Assembly (NCBI GenBank): GCA_043746815.1
Contig: JAYTQG010000226.1
Location: 647-64,646, forward strand
From: Thermoleophilia bacterium
Lineage (GTDB): Bacteria > Actinomycetota > Thermoleophilia > Miltoncostaeales > Miltoncostaeaceae
Direction: 5' to 3'
Length of the DNA stretch: 64,000 nt
The notes beneath the pieces are model-generated. The model was not told where the DNA came from and searched no databases. It saw nothing but the letters and a program-made list of their open reading frames with translations. Shown in pieces: positions 1 to 13,143 of the stretch (positions are counted from its first letter, which is position 1; the number at the start of each line of letters is the position of its first letter). Both the position numbers and the translations under genes were made by a program.

Positions 1-1
1 G

Positions 2-325
2 CTCTTGGCCGACTACAAGGTGCAGCTTGCCGAGGCCCGCAAGGAGGCCGACGAGCTTCGCGAGCGTGGACGTAAGGATGGCGAGCGCCAGCGTGGCGAG
101 ATCGTCGCTGGGGCAGAATCCGAGCGGGGGCGCATCGTGGCCGATGCTGCCGACCAGGTTTCGGCCCAGCAGCGCTCCGCCATGTCCGGTATCCGCGATG
201 ACGTTGTCGCCCTGGCCACCGCCGCGGCGGAGAAGGTCACCAAGAAGTCGCTGACCGACGCCGATCATCAGCGTCTGATTCAGGATGCACTCGCTGAGAT
301 CAAGCTCGAGGGCGCCAAGGCGTGA
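2..325 (+). CDS. atpF: F0F1 ATP synthase subunit b, C-terminal part (5' end outside window)
   Basis: Charged coiled-coil sequence (QLAEARKEADELRERGRKD...). Its stop overlaps the GTG of the delta-subunit gene. It sits directly upstream of atpH-A-G-D-C. Confidence 0.8.
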   Translation, partial: LLADYKVQLAEARKEADELRERGRKDGERQRGEIVAGAESERGRIVADAADQVSAQQRSAMSGIRDDVVALATAAAEKVTKKSLTDADHQRLIQDALAEIKLEGAKA

Positions 326-873
326 GCGTCGCGGCGACCTACGCCCAGGCCCTCTACGAGGCGGCCAAGGGTGCCAACACGGTCGAGCCGGTCGCGCACG
401 ATCTGGACGCATTTGCGCATGCGCTGCGCCAATCGCCAGACGTCGGCGCCATGCTGCAAAGCCCGGACATCACGGCCGCTGCCAAGCGTTCCGCGGTGAC
501 CGCCGTGGCTGGGCCGACCAACCCGACGCTCTCCAACTTCCTCGGCCTCCTGATCGACCGAGGCCGAATGACCGAGCTTCCGGACATCGCTCGGGCGTTT
601 GCGGACAAGGTCGACGACGCGGAGGGACGGATCGCCGTCGAGGCAATCACCGCCGTTCCCCTTTCCGCGGAGCTTCGTGCGCAGATCGTCGAGAAGGTCA
701 CCCGCGAGACCAGTCGTACCCCGGTGCTCACCGAGAAGGTCGACCCCGAGATCATCGGTGGCCTCGTCTTGCGTGTCGGCAGCGTGATGCTGGATGCATC
801 CGTCCGTCGCCACCTCGACGCCATTCACCGGAACATGTCGCGGGCCCCCGTGCCCGTTGGCGCCCCCGAATAG
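322..873 (+). CDS. atpH: F0F1 ATP synthase subunit delta (OSCP)
   Basis: 183 aa with OSCP-like sequence (YAQALYEAA..., IIGGLVLRVGSVMLDASVRRHL). GTGA overlap with atpF, and operon position. Confidence 0.9.
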   Translation: MSVAATYAQALYEAAKGANTVEPVAHDLDAFAHALRQSPDVGAMLQSPDITAAAKRSAVTAVAGPTNPTLSNFLGLLIDRGRMTELPDIARAFADKVDDAEGRIAVEAITAVPLSAELRAQIVEKVTRETSRTPVLTEKVDPEIIGGLVLRVGSVMLDASVRRHLDAIHRNMSRAPVPVGAPE

Positions 874-912
874 TCACCCGTTCGTAGACCGGCATCCAAG
901 GAGCCGCACGTT

Positions 913-2427
<1,515 letters not shown>

Positions 2428-2433
2428 TGGCGA

Positions 2434-2620
2434 CCCTCCTCACCACATTCAGCCGCAAACCGACGGCTGCAAGAGCCGCTGGGTGCGTCAGCTGGTGCGG
2501 TTCGGATCGCCTCCTGGGGCGGCGTCATCACTCGCACCAATATTCCCGATATTGGCCCTCGTTCTTCCTGGCCAGCGACCCTTTCGCTCGCCGGTTCACT
2601 GGCCAACGTGGTGAGGAGGG
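2434..2620 (+). promoter_or_regulatory. 13-nt perfect inverted repeat; the distal arm contains the atpG Shine-Dalgarno (candidate anti-SD structure)
   Basis: CCCTCCTCACCAC (2434-2446) is the exact reverse complement of GTGGTGAGGAGGG (2608-2620). GAGGAGGG lies 6 nt upstream of the atpG GTG at 2627. Confidence 0.5.
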
Positions 2621-2626
2621 CCGCTA

Positions 2627-5381
<2,755 letters not shown>

Positions 5382-5423
5382 CGAATTCGTCGGTGGTCGC
5401 GCATCAAGGGCTCGCCTTCACAC

Positions 5424-5654
5424 ATGCGACTGTCACGGACGCTCGATCTGGATGTCGTCGCAGCTGTGGAGCACCTCCGCGAGACCGAAGGAATTGGCTT
5501 GAGCGAAGCGGTCAATGGGCTGATCCGTCAGGGCCTCGTCGGCCGCGATACCCGGGCTGCATTTGTTCAGGCGACGTCTCCAGTCGGGATCATGATCGAC
5601 GTGAGCAACGTGCACGAGGCCCTCAATCTGATTGATGGCCCGTTGCGCCAATGA
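5424..5654 (+). CDS. Ribbon-helix-helix (CopG/VapB-like) antitoxin-type protein
   Basis: 76 aa. N-terminal RHH pattern MRLSRTLDLDVVAAVEHLRETEGIGLSEAVNGLIRQGL. Its stop overlaps a downstream ATG (ATGA), as in TA operons. Confidence 0.6.
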   Translation: MRLSRTLDLDVVAAVEHLRETEGIGLSEAVNGLIRQGLVGRDTRAAFVQATSPVGIMIDVSNVHEALNLIDGPLRQ

Positions 5655-5762
5655 TGCTGGCGACGCCTCAACCTCCTGGTCCACGCGGGCGACGAACACG
5701 GTCGGTTTCACACTCGAGCGGGCAGGAGATCGGGGAGCGAGAGAGAACACGTGTTCGTATGA
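5651..5762 (+). pseudogene. Possible decayed PIN (VapC-like) toxin remnant
   Basis: An ATG overlaps the antitoxin stop. One frame reads ..GDAST and the adjacent frame reads NLLVHAGDEHGRFHTRA. Joined by a single-base shift, these resemble a PIN N-terminus (vDaSvLlya..d..fH..A). That frame stops at 5760-5762. Confidence 0.3.
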
Positions 5763-5995
5763 GCGACGAAATGACATCACCCGTAACGAGTGCCCGACAG
5801 GTTCGCAGGCTGCTTGAGTTGACCAGCGGCCTCCGGGTTGAATCGGTCCGCCGTGAACCGAGTACCGACGGGCGGGTGCTCTGGCGGGTCACCTCACGAG
5901 ACGGGTCCGGCGCCCCCCGTGTTGGCATCGTGAACGACGAGGTAATCGCCGACGCCCTTGCCACCGTTCAAGGCGTGCTCGGCCCACGCGACTGA
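5759..5995 (+). CDS. Hypothetical protein (78 aa)
   Basis: Open frame with GC3 bias starting at an internal ATG of the 5651..5995 ORF. No recognisable motif. Confidence 0.3.
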   Translation: MSDEMTSPVTSARQVRRLLELTSGLRVESVRREPSTDGRVLWRVTSRDGSGAPRVGIVNDEVIADALATVQGVLGPRD

Positions 5996-6094
5996 GTACA
6001 ATCTGTTCGGGGAAGATGTTGCCCATGTAGATGTTCAGCAAACTGGACTCGGCGCCCCTTGTCGCCTTGCGAGCCTGCGGCCTACCGTGATGGG

Positions 6095-6535
6095 ATGTTC
6101 GACACGGAGGTTGGCATTCGGCGACTCGCGTGCATTGCCGCATTAGTCGCAGGCGTCGCGCTTGCGCACGCCGCCCCGGAACGGCACTACGCTGGCGTGA
6201 CCGACGATCGACAGGCACTCGCGGTGGTCCTCACGGGCGGTGGCAGGGGCAGTATTCGCATCCAAACCACCGTCGCGTTGTCCTGCCCTGGGAAGGGAGC
6301 ACCACCGGCGCCCCTTCATGTGCTGATCTACCGCGTGCCGGTGAGTGATTCTGGGGCCTTCCGCGTTCGGCTGCTTGCGGTCCACCCACGCCTGCGGCGG
6401 GTTGTTGTCTCGATCGCGGGAAAGGTTCGCGCAGACCGCGTGGATGGCGCGATCGCCGCGCGGGGAGAACGCGCTCGCTGGTGCCGCTCGTTCGTGCGTT
6501 TCAGCAGTCGGCTCCTCGTCGGGCAGTACGGCTAG
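6095..6535 (+). CDS. Hypothetical secreted protein
   Basis: Signal-peptide-like N-terminus MFDTEVGIRRLACIAALVAGVALAHA. No known motif. Ends at a TAG that is followed in the same frame by ORF 6545..6757. Confidence 0.45.
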   Translation: MFDTEVGIRRLACIAALVAGVALAHAAPERHYAGVTDDRQALAVVLTGGGRGSIRIQTTVALSCPGKGAPPAPLHVLIYRVPVSDSGAFRVRLLAVHPRLRRVVVSIAGKVRADRVDGAIAARGERARWCRSFVRFSSRLLVGQYG

Positions 6536-6544
6536 CCCCCGGAC

Positions 6545-6757
6545 TTGACCGGTAGGAGCCAGGGGGCAAGGACTCTGCCACCGACCCGGAAAGTGAAGGC
6601 AGGCTCCGATGTCCCGAACCGTCCGTGCGCTGTTCATCGTTCCGAGGAGCCCGTCGCTTGCAGACTCCGCAGGACCAAGTGCATCACTGTCCGAGTGCAG
6701 ACCACGAAGCCAGCGCGGATCAAGGTCACGACCTCGGACTTCGTGAACGTCAAGTAG
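6545..6757 (+). CDS. ORF in the same frame as 6059..6535 (possible 3' part of a disrupted or read-through gene)
   Basis: Separated from the upstream ORF by TAG plus 3 codons only. Strong GC3 bias (e.g. KCITVRVQTTKPARIKVTTSDFVNVK). Confidence 0.3.
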   Translation: MTGRSQGARTLPPTRKVKAGSDVPNRPCAVHRSEEPVACRLRRTKCITVRVQTTKPARIKVTTSDFVNVK

Positions 6758-6793
6758 CCGCGAGGAGCGGCACGGCCGCTAAGGTGCGCGGCC

Positions 6794-8002
6794 GTGCTGG
6801 GTCTGCCACCAATCCTGAGCGTCGCCAGTTTTCGGCGCGTGTGGTTTGCCGGACTCGCATCGAACGCTGGTTCGTGGTTTCAGGCCACCGCTGCCGGGTG
6901 GTTGGTCTACCACTACACCCAAAGCCCGGCGGTCGTCGGTGCATTGTCACTGGTCGCGCGCCTTCCGGCGATTGTCTTCTCGACCGTTGCGGGCCACCTC
7001 GCAGACCGATTTGATCGGCGTCATGTCGGTATCGCCACCGGAATCGGGCAGGGCCTCGCCGCGCTGGCGCTCGCCGTTGCTGGGCTGTTCGGGGTCCAGT
7101 CGACTCTCTTCATCTTCATTGCGACATTCTTTGTCGGGTTGGGTTTCGCCCTCGGCCTTCCGGCAATGCTTGCCCTGATCGGCGAGCTTCCCGGGCGCGA
7201 TCGTCTGCCGGAGGCAATTCGTGTGAACGCGGCAGGCATTAACGTCGCCCGCATGATTGGACCAGTCATGGGCGGCGGCGTTCTCCTCGTCTTCGGACCA
7301 ACGACATGCTTCGCCCTGAATGCGGTCTCATTCCTGGGACTGGTGGTCGTTCTTGCGCGCCTTCCGCCGATGCCTCGGAGCGGGAACCACACCGTTGCGA
7401 CGACCCGCGACGCGCTCCGCTACGCCGTGACGGACCCTGCGCCCCGACGCCTTCTGTCGGGTGCGTCGATCTTCTGCATCCTGGCAGCGCCGATGCAGGA
7501 GCTTGCGCCTGTTGTGGCGGCGCGCGTCGGCACGGGAAAGGGCGGGTTGGGTCTCCTTCTCGGCGCCATGGGGGCGGGTGCCCTGATCGGCGCGGTGGTT
7601 CTCAGCAAGTCGGAGGACCGCGGGCTGCCTCGGCACATTGCGTTGCCATTGGGGTCGACTGCCACGGCAGTGGGACTGGGCCTTGTCGCCATCTCGCCGT
7701 GGCTCTGGCTCTCGTTGATCGGTATGGCGGCAGGTGGATTCTTTTGGATTTGGATCTTCACGCTGACGAATACCGCCATCCAACTGACAAGCCCGCCGGA
7801 GCTCGTCGGACGCATGCTCGGTCTCTACCAGGCCGCGGTGGTCGGCCCGATTGCGATTGGTGCGTTCGCGGCGGGCTCCGTCGCGGAGGTCATCGGAATC
7901 GGCGGGAGCCTCGGGCTGTGCGCGGCTACCCTTGCGGGTTGGGGGTTGTGGAGCCTTGCGAACCCGGTGGGCGAGATCGACCGGGTCGTGCCCGTCCAAT
8001 AA
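6794..8002 (+). CDS. MFS transporter (enterobactin-exporter-like MFS_3 type)
   Basis: 402 aa with about 12 hydrophobic segments. N-terminus FRRVWFAGLASNAGSWFQATAAGWLVY and loop motif GHLADRFDRRHV are typical of this MFS subfamily. Confidence 0.85.
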   Translation: MLGLPPILSVASFRRVWFAGLASNAGSWFQATAAGWLVYHYTQSPAVVGALSLVARLPAIVFSTVAGHLADRFDRRHVGIATGIGQGLAALALAVAGLFGVQSTLFIFIATFFVGLGFALGLPAMLALIGELPGRDRLPEAIRVNAAGINVARMIGPVMGGGVLLVFGPTTCFALNAVSFLGLVVVLARLPPMPRSGNHTVATTRDALRYAVTDPAPRRLLSGASIFCILAAPMQELAPVVAARVGTGKGGLGLLLGAMGAGALIGAVVLSKSEDRGLPRHIALPLGSTATAVGLGLVAISPWLWLSLIGMAAGGFFWIWIFTLTNTAIQLTSPPELVGRMLGLYQAAVVGPIAIGAFAAGSVAEVIGIGGSLGLCAATLAGWGLWSLANPVGEIDRVVPVQ

Positions 8003-8804
8003 ACGCAGCGGTGCGGTCGACAAGCGACGTTGGCGGGCGCCGAGTCTTGAGGTCCTGAATTTGGTGTCCGAGACCGGGAATTTGCAGGAGGGCTGTGGGT
8101 AGGCGGCGTTTTCGGCGGGCAGACACGATCCGCAGAGAGTCGCCGATTGGCACGACACGGTCCGCGGTTCCCTGCACGACAAGTGTGGGTTGGCGAACGC
8201 GGCGGGCATCGTCGAGCGGATCTAAGCGGGCGGTTGCTCGGGCCGCCTTGGTTCCGACGATCCGGCCGAGCACTGCCAGCTGGCCCGCGTTTGCGAAGTC
8301 CCCAAGCGGGCGGCCCGGGGCCGCCAGCGTGATGACGCGGTCGATGGCGGGCACGCGCCACGCCGCCGCGAGGGCGAGATCGCCTCCCTGGCTGTGTCCG
8401 ATCAACGCCAGGTGCGTGCGATCGACATCGGGAAGCCGTGCGAGGACGCGCGTGGCTGCGACCGCGTCGGCACGCATGACAAGCGGGTTGAGCCATGAAA
8501 GTGCTGGCCCAGTCGAGGCGCCCAAACCGCGTTTGTCGTAGCGAAGGACGGCGACTCCTCGGGCCACGAGCGCGTCTGCCCAATCGCGGTAGAGGGTCCC
8601 CTGAAGCCCTCCGTCGCGATTGTCTGGGCCGAAACCGTCGATGATCATCGCCGCGGGAAAGGGTCCAGGGCCGTCCGGAGTGCTGAACACCGCGTCAAGG
8701 CGGAATCCCCCGGTCGTACGGATACTCACCGGACGGTCTGCCGCCGCTGCGGTGCCGACGCTGATGGCAAGGATCGACGCCGTCGTTGGGATGCATCCGC
8801 GCAC
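7926..8804 (-). CDS. Secreted alpha/beta hydrolase
   Basis: Signal-like N-terminus, nucleophile elbow GHSQGG, and distal GLGH histidine. Its 3' end overlaps the convergent MFS gene by 77 nt. Confidence 0.8.
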   Translation of the reverse strand: MRGCIPTTASILAISVGTAAAADRPVSIRTTGGFRLDAVFSTPDGPGPFPAAMIIDGFGPDNRDGGLQGTLYRDWADALVARGVAVLRYDKRGLGASTGPALSWLNPLVMRADAVAATRVLARLPDVDRTHLALIGHSQGGDLALAAAWRVPAIDRVITLAAPGRPLGDFANAGQLAVLGRIVGTKAARATARLDPLDDARRVRQPTLVVQGTADRVVPIGDSLRIVSARRKRRLPTALLQIPGLGHQIQDLKTRRPPTSLVDRTAAFIGRARPGRSRPPGSQGSTTPNPQG

Positions 8805-8885
8805 TGCTCCTAGGGTAGCGCCGGTTCAGCCGATCGTCGTCCAACGGCCGACGCGCCCTGAACGGAGCACGGTATCCTGACTTCC

Positions 8886-9977
8886 GTGGATGAGCTCCGG
8901 CTTGCAAGCCGTCTCATCGCCATCGACAGTTCGTCGCCCACTGGGGTGGCCGATGTGATGGCGGTTGTGGCGGGCGAACTGACGGACCGTGGCGTCGCGT
9001 TCGAGCGGCGCGAGGTCATCGGGCGCCCATGCCTGATCGCACGCGCCGGCGGTGGTCCCATCAAGGTGATTCTCCATGCTCATGTGGATGTCGTCCCAGG
9101 ACGACCGGACCAGTTTCACCCCCGTCTGGACGGCGGGCGTCTCGTGGGACGCGGCGCCTACGACATGAAGGCTGCCCTCGCTGTGATGATTGGCCTGATG
9201 GGAACGCTTGGTCCTGATCTTGGTTGCGAGGTCGAGTTGGTCGTCGTTCCGGACGAGGAGCGTGCTGATCCGTCGATCAACTGCACTGAGGTCCTGGCCA
9301 AGGACGGTATGCGGGCGGATCTCGTGATCTGCGGTGAGCCCACGGACCTCTGCGTCGGGGTGCAGTCCAAGGGGCTGCTCCTCTTGCAGGCAACCATGCG
9401 CGGTGTCGCGGCCCACGGCTCGACCCCCTGGGCAGGTAGGAACGCGATTTTGGATGGGGTCGACGCGGTCCGCTCACTGGTGGACCTCCCATTCATGGAG
9501 GCCACCTCTGCCCGCTACGACCGACCGTCCGTGAACCTCGGACGAATCGCTGGTGGGAGCGCCGTCAACTCCGTCGCTGACACGTGCGTTCTGGAACTCG
9601 ACGTCCGCATTTTGCCCGGCCAATGTCCAGAGGCGGTCGTCGCCGAGATTCGCGGCGCCGCCGACTGGGAGATTGACGTGCGCCTGGACTGGCCTCCCGC
9701 TGACGTCGACCCCGACCACCCGTTGGTCGCGCATGTACTGACCGCTGCGCGCGCGGTGTCGTCCTCCGCCACGGCCGTGGGACGCGACGGAACCTCCGAC
9801 GCGGTTGCTTTTCAGGCGCATGGAGTCCCAGCGATCGAATTTGGTCCACTAGGGGGAGGACACCACGGTCCCGACGAATATGTCGATGTGGACGGACTCC
9901 TCGCCTACCGACACGCCCTCGGGGATGCCCTCGCCCGCGTCGGTGCTCACGCGACGAGCTCGGCGGTCCGCGGATGA
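8886..9977 (+). CDS. M20 family metallopeptidase (ArgE/DapE-like)
   Basis: 363 aa. LHAHVDVVP, GRGAYDMKAA and VVVPDEE motifs. Confidence 0.85.
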   Translation: MDELRLASRLIAIDSSSPTGVADVMAVVAGELTDRGVAFERREVIGRPCLIARAGGGPIKVILHAHVDVVPGRPDQFHPRLDGGRLVGRGAYDMKAALAVMIGLMGTLGPDLGCEVELVVVPDEERADPSINCTEVLAKDGMRADLVICGEPTDLCVGVQSKGLLLLQATMRGVAAHGSTPWAGRNAILDGVDAVRSLVDLPFMEATSARYDRPSVNLGRIAGGSAVNSVADTCVLELDVRILPGQCPEAVVAEIRGAADWEIDVRLDWPPADVDPDHPLVAHVLTAARAVSSSATAVGRDGTSDAVAFQAHGVPAIEFGPLGGGHHGPDEYVDVDGLLAYRHALGDALARVGAHATSSAVRG

Positions 9978-11821
9978 GCGAGCAACCGCACACGGAGGCG
10001 ACCTACTACCAGATGGGTCGCACCAAGCAACGCCGGTGGCCCTGGGTTGCGGCTGCCTCCCTCTGGCTTGCGGGTGGGGCAGTGGGCGGGGCCGTGTTTT
10101 CGGGGATTTTGAAGGCCGACAAGACGCGCGAGGCGACCCTCGACGTTGGACCGTCGGCGGTCGCGGCTCAGCAAGCCCTTGACCCAGAAGTCCCGGATCA
10201 GCCCATCAACATTCTCTTGATCGGGTCCGACAAGCGCAGCGGCAAAGAGGCAGCGAAGACGGGCTTGAGTGATTCGATCATTCTCGTCAAGCTGGATTTC
10301 AAGCGCGATTTCGTCTCGATGCTCTCGTTCCAGCGTGATCTGTGGGTCCACATCCCTGGCCATGGAAACAGCAAGATCAATGCCGCGTACCAGCTTGGCG
10401 GAGTGAAGCTCGTCAAAGAGACCGTCAAGGAACTGACCGGCCAGCCGATCAACCAGTACGTCAACCTCGACTTCCAGGGCTTCCGAAACCTGGTGAAGGC
10501 CGTTGGTGGGGTCTATGTGGATGTCGATCGCCGCTACTACCATCGCAACGGTCCGGGAGACTGCCCAGGCGGCAAGAACTGCTACTCGGAGCTCGACATC
10601 CAGCCGGGATATCAACGCCTGAATGGTGTCGATGCGCTCGCCTTCGCCCGCTACCGCCACGACGACAGCGATAACAACCGTGTGATCCGGCAGCAGCTCT
10701 TTTTGTCCGAGCTGAAGCGTCAGGTAAAGGACAACGTCCTCGATACCCCATCGTTCATCGACGCCCTGGCCGACAAGAAGGGCCTCACACACAGCTTTAA
10801 GTCGACGAGCAAGTTCCTGGACATCGTGAGGTTTGCGATCGGCATCGACAAGTCGCGGATCAGTCGAGGCTACGTCAGCGGGACCTCGGGTTCCGTTGGG
10901 GCGGCGGCGGTCCAGCTCCAGGTAACCGGAGAGGTCGCCCAGAAAGTCGCCGAGTGGCAGCGGCCCGCCTTTGTCGTCGGCCCTGCCGAGCGAAGGATCG
11001 CACCAAGTGCCGTCCGGGTCGCGGTTCTGAATGGTGGCGGACGTCTCTTGGGTGCCGATGATCTGGCCGCTGCGTTGCAGGCTCAGGGCTATCAGGCGTT
11101 CGTCGTCGGGAATACGCCCCAATCGAACTATGCCGACAGTGCCGTCTTCTATGCGTCGAATCGAGAAGACGCAGGCCGGCAGGTTCGCGAGCTGTTGGGC
11201 CCGCGGGCATCGGTGGCGCCACGCAGCCGCGACCAGGTGAACCCGCTGACGAAGCAAGCCGACATCATTGTCGTTGCGGGCGCAAACTTTCGCGCGCTTA
11301 CCGTGCCCAAAGTCGCGAACACACGGCAGGTCAAACGGCGTGCGGACACGGTATCGACGCTCGCACTCGTGTCTGCGTTCCGCTCGACCAAGGCACGGAC
11401 AGGACTCGCCGTGCTCGTCCCGACCAAAGTTGCTCGCGAGTCACGGGTTCGCACAATTCGCGAATACCGGGTCGACGGGACGCGGCCAGCGCTCAAGGTG
11501 GTCTTCGAGTCCGGCTATCGGAAGTACTGGTCGATTGAGCAGCTGAAGTGGAAGAATCCGCCGATTTTGAAGGGCTTCACCAAGCACATTCGGAAGTGTC
11601 ATACCGACCTCACGACCTTCTACGACGGCAAGAATATGATGCGCCTCGCGTGGCAGCGTGGGGACACCACCTATTGGGTTTCTAACAGCCTTGACTACGC
11701 CCTGACCTCGGAAACGATGTACGACATCGCCTGCAACATGCGGCCGGTCAACCGGGCTTCGTTGCCGAAGGGCACTGTGGATACCAAACTGTCGATCCGG
11801 ACCTCTGGCGACACGCCTTAA
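9974..11821 (+). CDS. LCP (LytR-CpsA-Psr) family glycopolymer ligase with LytR_C and an extra C-terminal domain
   Basis: TM anchor. LCP core (INILLIGSDKR...DSIILVKLD...INAAY...NLDFQGF). LytR_C-like segment (VAVLNGGGRLLGADDLAAALQAQGY). About 170 further residues follow. Confidence 0.85.
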   Translation: MSEQPHTEATYYQMGRTKQRRWPWVAAASLWLAGGAVGGAVFSGILKADKTREATLDVGPSAVAAQQALDPEVPDQPINILLIGSDKRSGKEAAKTGLSDSIILVKLDFKRDFVSMLSFQRDLWVHIPGHGNSKINAAYQLGGVKLVKETVKELTGQPINQYVNLDFQGFRNLVKAVGGVYVDVDRRYYHRNGPGDCPGGKNCYSELDIQPGYQRLNGVDALAFARYRHDDSDNNRVIRQQLFLSELKRQVKDNVLDTPSFIDALADKKGLTHSFKSTSKFLDIVRFAIGIDKSRISRGYVSGTSGSVGAAAVQLQVTGEVAQKVAEWQRPAFVVGPAERRIAPSAVRVAVLNGGGRLLGADDLAAALQAQGYQAFVVGNTPQSNYADSAVFYASNREDAGRQVRELLGPRASVAPRSRDQVNPLTKQADIIVVAGANFRALTVPKVANTRQVKRRADTVSTLALVSAFRSTKARTGLAVLVPTKVARESRVRTIREYRVDGTRPALKVVFESGYRKYWSIEQLKWKNPPILKGFTKHIRKCHTDLTTFYDGKNMMRLAWQRGDTTYWVSNSLDYALTSETMYDIACNMRPVNRASLPKGTVDTKLSIRTSGDTP

Positions 11822-11835
11822 TCAGGAGCTTGTGG

Positions 11836-13143
11836 ATGGAACGAATCGGCGTCATCGGTGCCGGATATGTCGGGCTGGTCACGGGCGCATGCCTGGCGTC
11901 CCTCGGGCATCACGTCACGCTCCGTGACATCGACCCCGCCAAAATCGAGACCCTGAACAACGGGGGAGTCCCCATTTTTGAGCCCGGACTCGCGGAACTG
12001 ATTGCCGAACACCGCGACCGGATTGCGTTCACGCTGAGCCTCGAGGAGATGCTCGCCGACTCGGAGATCTGTTTCGTCGCCGTTGACACGCCCCCGACCT
12101 ATTCGGGTGACGCGGATCTATCGCGGGTGATGACCGTCGTCCAAGAACTCGAGCGGGCGGGCGCCACCGATCGCCACGTCATCGTCATGAAAAGCACCGT
12201 GCCGATCGGGACCGGCGCGCGCGTTCGCGCGGAATTGGATGCTCGTGGCTTGTCGCATGTCGGCTACTGCTCAAACCCGGAGTTCCTGAAAGAGGGGGTT
12301 GCGATCCCCGACTTCCTGAAACCGGACCGCGTGGTTGTTGGCTCGCACACACCGGAAGCGGGCGACCGTGTTGCCGCCCTCTACGAACCGCTTGGATCGC
12401 CGATCGTCCGAACCAGCGTGCCCAGCGCCGAGATGATCAAGTACGCGTCGAATGCCTTCCTCGCGACGAAGATCAGCTTCATCAACGAGATCGCGAATGT
12501 ATGCGAGGAGGTCGGCGCGGACGTGACGGTGGTCGCTGAGGGTATGGGTCTCGACCGGCGCATCGGACGTGACTTCCTGAAGGCGGGCGTCGGCTACGGT
12601 GGAAGTTGCTTCCCAAAGGATGTCGCCGCCTTGAAGCAGCTTGCCGGAAACAGCGGGTATCACTTTCAGTTGTTGAATGCCGTGATCGAAGTGAACGAGC
12701 TTCAGAAGCGTCGAGTTATCGGCAAACTGAAGCGGCACCTCGGTTCTCTTGAAGGGGCCGAGATCGCGCTGCTCGGGTTGGCGTTCAAACCCGGTACGGA
12801 CGACACGCGCGAGGCGTCCAGCCTCGTCATCGCCGCGCGGCTCCTCGCCGAGGGCGCGAGCGTGCGCGTCTACGACCCAATTGCGATCGACTCCGCGCGC
12901 GCACGCCTTGGGGGGGTGACCTTTGCCGAGAGCGCAGGCGCAGCTCTCGCTGGGGCGGACGCCGCCGTGCTTGTCACTGACTGGCCGGAAATTCTGGCGC
13001 TTGACTGGTCCGCTCTCGCGGGAGCGATGCGGCGGACCGTGATGATTGACGGCCGCAATGCACTCGACGAGCACGAGATGCGGGCCTCGGGCTTCACGTA
13101 CGAAGGATTCGGCCGGGCAATCCCAACCCAGGAGTCCATCTAG
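11836..13143 (+). CDS. ugd: UDP-glucose 6-dehydrogenase
   Basis: GAGYVG NAD-binding fold and catalytic GGSCFPKD. AGGAG lies 7 nt upstream of the ATG at 11836. The ORF track starts at 11830. Confidence 0.9.
   Translation: MERIGVIGAGYVGLVTGACLASLGHHVTLRDIDPAKIETLNNGGVPIFEPGLAELIAEHRDRIAFTLSLEEMLADSEICFVAVDTPPTYSGDADLSRVMTVVQELERAGATDRHVIVMKSTVPIGTGARVRAELDARGLSHVGYCSNPEFLKEGVAIPDFLKPDRVVVGSHTPEAGDRVAALYEPLGSPIVRTSVPSAEMIKYASNAFLATKISFINEIANVCEEVGADVTVVAEGMGLDRRIGRDFLKAGVGYGGSCFPKDVAALKQLAGNSGYHFQLLNAVIEVNELQKRRVIGKLKRHLGSLEGAEIALLGLAFKPGTDDTREASSLVIAARLLAEGASVRVYDPIAIDSARARLGGVTFAESAGAALAGADAAVLVTDWPEILALDWSALAGAMRRTVMIDGRNALDEHEMRASGFTYEGFGRAIPTQESI

Noticed and set aside
7926-8002. 77-nt convergent overlap of the MFS transporter and alpha/beta hydrolase genes, and the similar 31-nt cupin/GH-like overlap at 14740-14770, as possible regulatory antisense arrangements.
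   Set aside because: In both cases the overlapping part of the minus-strand protein is a low-complexity tail after the last conserved motif. The simplest explanation is late stop codons in GC-rich sequence, so there is no positive evidence for function.
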